Source of the DNA: Methanomicrobiales archaeon | GTDB lineage: Archaea > Halobacteriota > Methanomicrobia > Methanomicrobiales > Methanospirillaceae | Direction: 5' to 3' | NCBI GenBank assembly: GCA_037137755.1 | Contig: JBAXJR010000032.1 | Location: 1 to 25,111, forward strand | DNA: 25,111 bases | In this document: piece after piece, positions 18,643-25,111 of the stretch | Layout of the letters: the number at the start of each line of letters is the position of its first letter | How positions within the stretch are numbered: the stretch's first letter is position 1 | Notes under the pieces: model-generated | What the model saw: the letters and a program-made list of their open reading frames with translations, nothing else | Told to the model about the DNA's origin: nothing | Database searches by the model: none | Position numbers and translations under genes: made by a program

Positions 18643-19409
18643 TGAAATTCCGCGTGTTCCGGTATACCCAGGGTGACGACGCCCCACATTATGATGTGTT
18701 TGAAACCCGTGGGGTCCCGGGAATGAGCGTCCTCGCAGCACTCACTACTATCCAGGAACAACAGGACCCGGGCTTATCTTTTCGTTCATCCTGCCGGGGT
18801 GCTGCATGCGGGGCTTGTGCCATGTTAATCAACAAGGTACCCAGGCTTGCCTGCCGTACTCAGGTGAACGAGCTGGCTGATGAGAAAAACCAGGTTCATC
18901 TTTCACCCTATCCAGCCCTTGAAGTCGATACTCCATGGGATCCTGCTACCGAGGTCCTCGTTGAACCCCTGCCCCACCTCCCGCTATTAAAAGACCTCAT
19001 TGTCAACATGACGGCATTTTTCGATTTCCTGCAATCTGTTGACCCGGTATTTCGCCCGGGGGATCCACTCCCGGGTAAGGAGTTCCGGATGGAACCGGAT
19101 GCGGTAAGGAAACTTGAACGGTTTACAAACTGTGTCCTTTGCGGTGCCTGCTTCGGTGCATGCCCGGTAAACAGCAGGAACCCGGAGTACCCCGGCCCGG
19201 CGGCACTCGCTACCCTCTACCGTTTCCATATTGACCCGAGGGAACGGGACCCTGGCTCACGGATTACTTCCGCAGATACCGGATCCGGGTGGTGGGCATG
19301 TGAGTTCCATGCCAATTGCACCAGGGTCTGCCCGAAAGGGGTACCCCCGAGTGTTGCGATCGACCAGGCGAGAAAGGAACTGAAAACAAAAAGAGGGGCC
19401 GGCAGGTAA
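18642..19409 (+). CDS. sdhB: Succinate dehydrogenase/fumarate reductase iron-sulfur subunit
   Basis: SCRGAACGAC...LAC (2Fe-2S), CVLCGACFGACP (4Fe-4S), CEFHANCTRVCP (3Fe-4S type); TGATG overlap with the sdhA stop (TTG 18639 is an alternative start). Confidence 0.92.
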   Translation: MKFRVFRYTQGDDAPHYDVFETRGVPGMSVLAALTTIQEQQDPGLSFRSSCRGAACGACAMLINKVPRLACRTQVNELADEKNQVHLSPYPALEVDTPWDPATEVLVEPLPHLPLLKDLIVNMTAFFDFLQSVDPVFRPGDPLPGKEFRMEPDAVRKLERFTNCVLCGACFGACPVNSRNPEYPGPAALATLYRFHIDPRERDPGSRITSADTGSGWWACEFHANCTRVCPKGVPPSVAIDQARKELKTKRGAGR

Positions 19410-19605
19410 CGCCGACCCGGAACATAACGACCCCGGGAAAAATTCACGGGGATTCATCAACAAACCTTCACCAGGTAATTCTTAATCCCAAATAGCGGCC
19501 CCTGCAGCAGGTACGCATGGTCTGTAGAATGAACCCCTGGTTTTGCGTGTTGACAGGTTCGCCCGATACCGGGGGGTACTCTTCCGTTCCATCGGGAAAC
19601 ATAAT

Positions 19606-20958
19606 TCATCCAGGGATGAATTGCAGCCAGTCCTGGTCATCCGAAACGGTATATCCTGGAAGAAATTGGTTAATCCAGTCAAAGAATGCCCGCACCTGTT
19701 CATCAGCAACAGCCGCACGATAGTAAGTTGAACTGATAGTCATGGTATCCAGGTATGTAGAAATGGCGACAAAAATGGCAGGAGGGGGGGCATGGCACGG
19801 CAGCATGCAGGCATTGATGACATGGGGAGTGCAATGATTTGCCAGTCCCTGGTCGATAATCCCTGTGTTTGTCACAATAGGTATCCGGTTTTCATAATTA
19901 TCAGGGTCTGCTATCCGGGTGCGCAAGGTCTCCCGGGCTACAGAGACCCCGGATTCCCATAACTTTTCGGCATCAAGCGCATCTTTCATTCCCGGGAAGT
20001 CGTTTTTTTTGGTTTCCATTATTTCGTGGACATCCCGGCACAGGCAGGATATCGTGTCGTTTGGTTGTACCGGGATCCTGACTTCGAATGCCGTCGAATA
20101 GTTCAGAACAGATCTCCCGGGTACCGGATGGTACCGTCTCAGGTCAACCGTTGTAAGGAACGAATATTCAACCTGATCAATTCCTGGCTCCAGGTTTGAG
20201 CAGGCCTTAGCCACAACCGCGAGTATCAGATCATTCAGGGTTACCCCGATTTCCTTACGTTTTGCATGGATTGAGGTAAGCCTTGAACCAGAAATCGTCA
20301 TTACCGCATATGCCGGCAGGTCAACCTCGCGGGTTCGTACCGGAAATGTCCACCGGTTTCCTCCTGATGAGAATTCTTCCGGCAGGGAAGGGCCATCCCG
20401 GTATGGCAGGAGCGTGGAAATCAGAGGGAAGTCACAGGTTAAGATGGGTTTTCTACCTGGGATGGAGGGGAGGTCTTCCAGGGAACGGTGGTACAATTCC
20501 ATGATCAGCCCTGCGAGATCTTTCAGGCCCCTGCCATCCATTGCAACATGGCAGGCATTGATTACCAGGACGTCGCCCCCACCCTCACTTGCCCGTATTA
20601 AAAGGACTTTAATCTGTGGGCCTTCATAGGGATCGATGTTTTCGGACAGCGCGAGGGAGATGGCAGAATTCAGGCCTATTTTCTCCACAACAGTAAAGGA
20701 ATCACCAGGACAGGCGGTTGGAAGCGGTTCCCACCAGAGGGTGTCGTGTGCCTCCACCAGCCGGCTGTTACAGACAGGTTCTGCTACCATCGTATCCATA
20801 ACCGCCCGCCTCATCCTGTCCGGGTCTAATTTCCCGTCAAAATACAGGACCATGTGGATGACCTGGTCCGAATGAGCACGTAAGAGTTCAGAAAAGAAAT
20901 CAAAAGGGTTGAGCTGTATCAGGCAGGGCTCCTTCTGAAATACATCCCGTCTGTTCAT
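19606..20958 (-). CDS. Free-standing condensation-domain / CoA-dependent acyltransferase (HxxxDG)
   Basis: FDGKLDPDRMRRA, GPQIKVLL, CHVAMDGRG, GVTLNDLILA, VDLRRY, TNTG; 450 aa, the size of one two-lobed CAT-fold enzyme. Confidence 0.8.
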   Translation of the reverse strand: MNRRDVFQKEPCLIQLNPFDFFSELLRAHSDQVIHMVLYFDGKLDPDRMRRAVMDTMVAEPVCNSRLVEAHDTLWWEPLPTACPGDSFTVVEKIGLNSAISLALSENIDPYEGPQIKVLLIRASEGGGDVLVINACHVAMDGRGLKDLAGLIMELYHRSLEDLPSIPGRKPILTCDFPLISTLLPYRDGPSLPEEFSSGGNRWTFPVRTREVDLPAYAVMTISGSRLTSIHAKRKEIGVTLNDLILAVVAKACSNLEPGIDQVEYSFLTTVDLRRYHPVPGRSVLNYSTAFEVRIPVQPNDTISCLCRDVHEIMETKKNDFPGMKDALDAEKLWESGVSVARETLRTRIADPDNYENRIPIVTNTGIIDQGLANHCTPHVINACMLPCHAPPPAIFVAISTYLDTMTISSTYYRAAVADEQVRAFFDWINQFLPGYTVSDDQDWLQFIPG

Positions 20959-21009
20959 TCCTGACTTCCTGGTCCCGTTTTATTGAAGGTATGGAATGAA
21001 ACTACCGTC

Positions 21010-21384
21010 TCATTCGACTTCATCCGTTTTTTCCACTTCACGGTGCGTCGCAGCCCTGAAAAGGAGCCAGATACCTGCAAAGATTAACGCAAGGGCCCCA
21101 AAATAAGGCCAGATCAACGCTGGGAAATATACCAGACCGAACCCGGCAATAATAAAGAGGCAACCGATAAAGAGGGGGAAGGTGGCCCCGGCCGTGACTG
21201 AAGATAGACCCGTTTTGGGAGAGTTCATCATTTTTGTAATCCCCATTGCGATAAAACCAGTTCCAAGCCCTACAACGGCACCCACATCCGGCCTGCCGAA
21301 GAGGAGACCTGCACCAATACCAATCAAAATAAATGCGGGGATAAATAATCCCTCAAATTTCCGTTGCCTGTGTTGTTCTTTCAT
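21010..21384 (-). CDS. Hypothetical 4-TM membrane protein
   Basis: 124 aa; Gly-rich hydrophobic segments with charged termini. Confidence 0.75.
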   Translation of the reverse strand: MKEQHRQRKFEGLFIPAFILIGIGAGLLFGRPDVGAVVGLGTGFIAMGITKMMNSPKTGLSSVTAGATFPLFIGCLFIIAGFGLVYFPALIWPYFGALALIFAGIWLLFRAATHREVEKTDEVE

Positions 21385-21464
21385 TCATTACCACGAGATC
21401 CTATGGTTGGAGGTACCCCTCATTCCCGGTAAGGAAAACGGGGCGGGGAAGGGTCCTTTCAATG

Positions 21465-22670
21465 TCAGTCGTGCCTGAGTGCCTCAATCGGATTCAGGTT
21501 TGCGGCCTTTGCAGCCGGGTAGAGGCCCGAAATAAGACATACAACAATACCTATCGCCATTCCATACGGCACATACATAATACTTGCAGGGGTGAAGAAA
21601 TAATTAGTCGTCCCGATCACCCGGACAAGGAGGTACCCCCCGATAAAGCTAATCAGTCCACCGATAACGGCCCCGATCGAACCGATGATGAATGACTCAT
21701 AAATAAACATTTTCCGTATTTCTGCCTTGGTAGTCCCGATACTTCTCAGTACACCGATCTCATTGATCCGGTCTTTAACAGACATCATCATGACATTGAA
21801 AATGCTTACCGATGCCACGAGAAGTGAAATTCCACCAAGCAGGAGAATAAACATACTTATCTGGCCGATCGTGGCATTTATGGTCTCAAGTAATGCCCCC
21901 GAATCGATAATACTAACCACCTTGACTTTTTTATTCATCTTTTTATCTATTGCATCCTTTACAGGGGGAATATCCTTGATCGACGGGATCAGGACATCAA
22001 CCTGCGGGTATTCTCCCTGGTGACCATATACCGATGTATACCAGCTATCGGATGCGATAATCGCATTGTCAGGAGAGAGACCTATACCAAAACCATTTGG
22101 TTTAAGGATACCTACAACCCTGACCACTTCGTTCGTTCCGGTTGACTCATCCCCTATCTTAATCCTGGTACCTGTCGTAATACCCTCGTCCCGCGCAAGC
22201 GTGGAGCCGATGAGCACTCCGCTTGCAGCTCCACGTAATGAACTCCCATCTGAAACTTCAACGAAATACGAGACTTTTTCAGGATCAAGGCCATAGATGG
22301 TCACCCGCTTTTTATCTTTCGTCCCGACCTGGATGAGATCTGACCCCGAATGAATGGGAACGACGACATTATGTCCTGCAGCCTGCTCGATCTCCCTCAC
22401 CTGGTTATCAGTGATCAGGAGACTTGTTGTCCCTCCCGAAGGAGGACCAAAACCCCCCCGGGAACCGGTGTCAGGAGTGATAATTATTGAATTTGCGTTG
22501 CTCGAAAGGTTGGACGAGACGGCGAGCTGGATATTAGCCCCGAGTATTCCCATGGTGGTAATTGCGACAACACCAATGATAATTCCCAGGGCCGCAAGAA
22601 GCGACCGGGATAAGTTAAGCCTGACATTCCTGCTGGCCAACTGGAAGAAAACATTTTTCTTCTTTTTCAT
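21465..22670 (-). CDS. ABC transporter permease, MacB/FtsX family
   Basis: RSLLAALGIIIGVVAI, large extracytoplasmic domain, ISLLVASVSIFNVMMMSVKDRINEIGVLRSIG, YPAAKAANLNPIEALR. Confidence 0.95.
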   Translation of the reverse strand: MKKKKNVFFQLASRNVRLNLSRSLLAALGIIIGVVAITTMGILGANIQLAVSSNLSSNANSIIITPDTGSRGGFGPPSGGTTSLLITDNQVREIEQAAGHNVVVPIHSGSDLIQVGTKDKKRVTIYGLDPEKVSYFVEVSDGSSLRGAASGVLIGSTLARDEGITTGTRIKIGDESTGTNEVVRVVGILKPNGFGIGLSPDNAIIASDSWYTSVYGHQGEYPQVDVLIPSIKDIPPVKDAIDKKMNKKVKVVSIIDSGALLETINATIGQISMFILLLGGISLLVASVSIFNVMMMSVKDRINEIGVLRSIGTTKAEIRKMFIYESFIIGSIGAVIGGLISFIGGYLLVRVIGTTNYFFTPASIMYVPYGMAIGIVVCLISGLYPAAKAANLNPIEALRHD

Positions 22671-23359
22671 GCCGCCACTCTGCCGTCAATAATATTGATA
22701 GTCCTGTGTGCAGAACGTGCGATGTTGGGGTCGTGGGTTACCATCACAATCGTCCGGCCCTGCTTGTTAAGACCTTTCAGAATATCCATAATCTGACTAC
22801 CGGTAACGGAATCAAGATTCCCCGTTGGTTCATCACAGAGAAGCAAAGCCGGGTCATTGACAAGTGCCCGTGCTATTGCCACACGCTGCTGCTGCCCCCC
22901 GGAAAGCTCACTTGGTTTATGGGTCATCAGGTCATCGCCAAACCCGACCATTTTCAGCATTCCTGCGGTTTTGCCTTCTTCATCCATATGCCCCTGCTTG
23001 AGGATAATCGGGTATTCTGCATTTTCATACGCAGTAAGCAATGGTATCAGGTTGAATTTCTGGAAAATAAACCCGATTTCGTCTCTTCTTAAGAAGGTCA
23101 GTTCGTCATCAGACATGTCTTTGACATTGCGTCCGGCGAGGATCAGCTCTCCTGAGGTTGGCACGTCCAGGCAACCGATCAGGTTGAGAAGGGTTGATTT
23201 TCCGGAACCAGATGGCCCCATGATGGCAACAAATTCACCTTTCAGTATATCAAATGAGATCCCCTGAAGGGCAGTGACATCCCCGGCCTTGAGCTTGTAG
23301 ACTTTCCGGACATCAACCAATCGGATTACAGGTTCATCTGAAATAGAAATTCCCCTCAC
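22667..23359 (-). CDS. ABC transporter ATP-binding protein (LolD/MacB type)
   Basis: Walker [35 protein letters not shown]. Start set at GTG 23359, overlapping the upstream TGA; exact start uncertain. Confidence 0.95.
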   Translation of the reverse strand: MRGISISDEPVIRLVDVRKVYKLKAGDVTALQGISFDILKGEFVAIMGPSGSGKSTLLNLIGCLDVPTSGELILAGRNVKDMSDDELTFLRRDEIGFIFQKFNLIPLLTAYENAEYPIILKQGHMDEEGKTAGMLKMVGFGDDLMTHKPSELSGGQQQRVAIARALVNDPALLLCDEPTGNLDSVTGSQIMDILKGLNKQGRTIVMVTHDPNIARSAHRTINIIDGRVAA

Positions 23360-24591
23360 GGTTTTCTTGTTCTGATATACTGGTACCCGATTGCGAGTAC
23401 GACAAGGACAGCAATAATGCCAACAATAATCCATGGGGCATTCGACATTGAACTATTATTTTTGGGAGTCTTCGCCAGGGAGATGTCCGCAGCAGTACTG
23501 CGGCTATAAATATTGCCATCCTGATCTTTGTAGCTCACGAGAACAGGGACTTCATCCGGGCTTTCAGAACTGACCGTCAGCTCAAAACTTGAGAAGTCGT
23601 CCGGTTTCAGTAAGCCTACTGCGTAGACTTTGAAGGGATCAACCGGAATTGCCGGACTTCCTGAAGCAACGGTCACCGATTTTGCATCCTGGAGACCTGA
23701 ATTTGTTACATCTCCGGTAATCCTGATATGGTTTCCATTAGGTGCAGAAACAATATTGCTGATAACTGGGTCCGCCTGTGTTTTATCATTATTGAACTGG
23801 ATCGGAAGAATGAGTCCGACCTGGTGTATATTTGGACCGTTCAGGTAAACCGCTTCAAAGTCTATATCGGTCGGACTTTTCGGGGTAATACTGAACGGGA
23901 GCTTAACGGTCTGACCAGGATCAAGAGTATTTATCACGATATTCTGGGGTATTATCTCAATATCAGACACATTTGGCGAGACAATAACATTTTTTATCGC
24001 ATTCGTGCGGAGGTTGCTCAATGATAATGTGACAACACTCTTTTTCCCGGGAACAAACGTATCGGGCTTATCAGTTATGGAAAGAACTACAGGAGAATTT
24101 TTCACCTCTAATTTGACAGGATAGCGCAGGAATCCCGTATCCTGGAATTCAAGAGAGAATACCGGGTAATAGATACCTTCTGGAACGTCTGCTTTTACCG
24201 TGAAGGTAAAGGGCATCTTATTTCCAGCGCCAATCGACCCGACCGAGTCATAGGTAGTCTCGGATAACAGGGTGATATCTTTGCTATAAAGAGTTGCCCG
24301 GCGGATGGTTACACTCTGGGTCCCGGTATTCTGGATAGTGACCGTAATTGTACCTTCATCCCCGGTCGCAAATGTCGCGGGGTCTAACGTCACGTCACTC
24401 ACCGTCACCTGGGTATACGCAGGGGAAAGGGATGTGGCGGTAGTTGATCCTGACGTGGCGGTCGAGCCTGATGTATCAGTTGGGGCTGCAAGGGCAGTAA
24501 ATGCCATTGCAGAGACAATAATCAGTGTAATAGAAATTTTAAGCAGGAATCTCCTTTCATGTAAAAGTGAGTCCTGAAAGTTAGTTTTCAT
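23356..24591 (-). CDS. Exported S-layer-domain-like (COG1361-type) protein with C-terminal membrane anchor
   Basis: Signal peptide, S/T-rich linker, Ig-like repeats (ITVTIQNTG, ITGDVTNSGLQDAKSV, VGLLKPDDFSSFEL, YKDQDGN), C-terminal TM followed by a basic tail; TAATG overlap with the upstream gene. Confidence 0.8.
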   Translation of the reverse strand: MKTNFQDSLLHERRFLLKISITLIIVSAMAFTALAAPTDTSGSTATSGSTTATSLSPAYTQVTVSDVTLDPATFATGDEGTITVTIQNTGTQSVTIRRATLYSKDITLLSETTYDSVGSIGAGNKMPFTFTVKADVPEGIYYPVFSLEFQDTGFLRYPVKLEVKNSPVVLSITDKPDTFVPGKKSVVTLSLSNLRTNAIKNVIVSPNVSDIEIIPQNIVINTLDPGQTVKLPFSITPKSPTDIDFEAVYLNGPNIHQVGLILPIQFNNDKTQADPVISNIVSAPNGNHIRITGDVTNSGLQDAKSVTVASGSPAIPVDPFKVYAVGLLKPDDFSSFELTVSSESPDEVPVLVSYKDQDGNIYSRSTAADISLAKTPKNNSSMSNAPWIIVGIIAVLVVLAIGYQYIRTRKP

Positions 24592-25111
24592 TAGTATCCT
24601 CCGGGGGCAGAAAAGCCCACAAATGTCATGAACAGGGTATAGACGATGTAGATAATAACCGGGATCAGAATGGTAATTGCTGCATGTTTTATCGTCAGAT
24701 TCCTGGAATATTTAATCGCGTAGATCCAGATATTGGCGCTCCAGATAAGAAAGATTATGGCGATTATGGCACTTACTTTCGTGAATTCCATCATTGCTGA
24801 ATCGTGCATCATGCGGGTAACCGCATTCTGGATAACCACCGGGTCCGTAAATGAGTTGACGACCGGGACCTTGACCATTGGAAGGTAATAAACCGCCATA
24901 ATAAGTGTTAGCAGGCTACCAAAAATCTGTGGTATAAACCCATAGCCGACAAATTCAAGGGTCCTGTTATAACCCCCTGTACCTTTGAAGGCCATTGAAA
25001 TAAGGTAAAATATTGCAGACCCGATTAACCAGAACAGTATGGTAAAGATAATAGCACCAATCACCGTTGATACGGCAACAATCTCGCCCATTCCGGCACC
25101 TGCAGAGGCAA
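24591..25111 (-). CDS. Yip1-family membrane protein (5' end outside the window)
   Basis: Frame stays open to the window edge; W.I...IFYLIS..FKGTG.Y.RTLE.VGYG.IP and IW...IW.YAIK..RNL motifs. Confidence 0.8.
   Translation of the reverse strand, partial: ASAGAGMGEIVAVSTVIGAIIFTILFWLIGSAIFYLISMAFKGTGGYNRTLEFVGYGFIPQIFGSLLTLIMAVYYLPMVKVPVVNSFTDPVVIQNAVTRMMHDSAMMEFTKVSAIIAIIFLIWSANIWIYAIKYSRNLTIKHAAITILIPVIIYIVYTLFMTFVGFSAPGGY

Noticed and set aside
23360-23434. Cys-rich N-terminus (MDYCWHYCCPC) on the ABC ATPase
   Set aside because: Off-frame read of the upstream gene's transmembrane codons, not a metal-binding domain.
1-25111. CRISPR array, tRNA/rRNA, transposase, integrase, prophage or defence genes
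   Set aside because: No regularly spaced repeats, cloverleaf or relevant protein motifs seen by eye; a covariance-model scan would be needed to exclude small RNAs.

Overview
Gene-dense archaeal chromosomal window, most consistent with a Methanomicrobiales-type methanogen. This is inferred from GGTGA/GGAGG ribosome-binding sites, TATA-like boxes about 25 bp upstream of several start codons, the argC-CBS-argJ-argB order, a stand-alone trpB2 and a Yip1/S-layer-like/ABC operon. Contents in order: chorismate mutase; thioredoxin-CcdA fusion; arginine operon; acetyl-CoA synthetase plus an OFA-family MFS transporter; a 476-bp inverted-repeat-rich spacer; aldo/keto reductase plus TetR with a tandem palindromic operator; NAD-kinase-like protein; trpB2 with TRP-box-like sites; two orphan proteins flanking a SRAP/HMCES gene; ferredoxin; DUF3784-like protein; SdhA/SdhB with no anchor subunits; a free-standing condensation-domain/acyltransferase protein; a MacB-type ABC operon. 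I saw no rRNA, tRNA, CRISPR array, transposase or integrase. I cannot demonstrate a new multi-gene system from the sequence alone. The best leads are the anchorless SdhAB, the orphan HxxxDG acyltransferase, the structured spacer, three cis-regulatory motifs and the orphan-SRAP-orphan trio. All product calls come from motif recognition by eye, not database searches.
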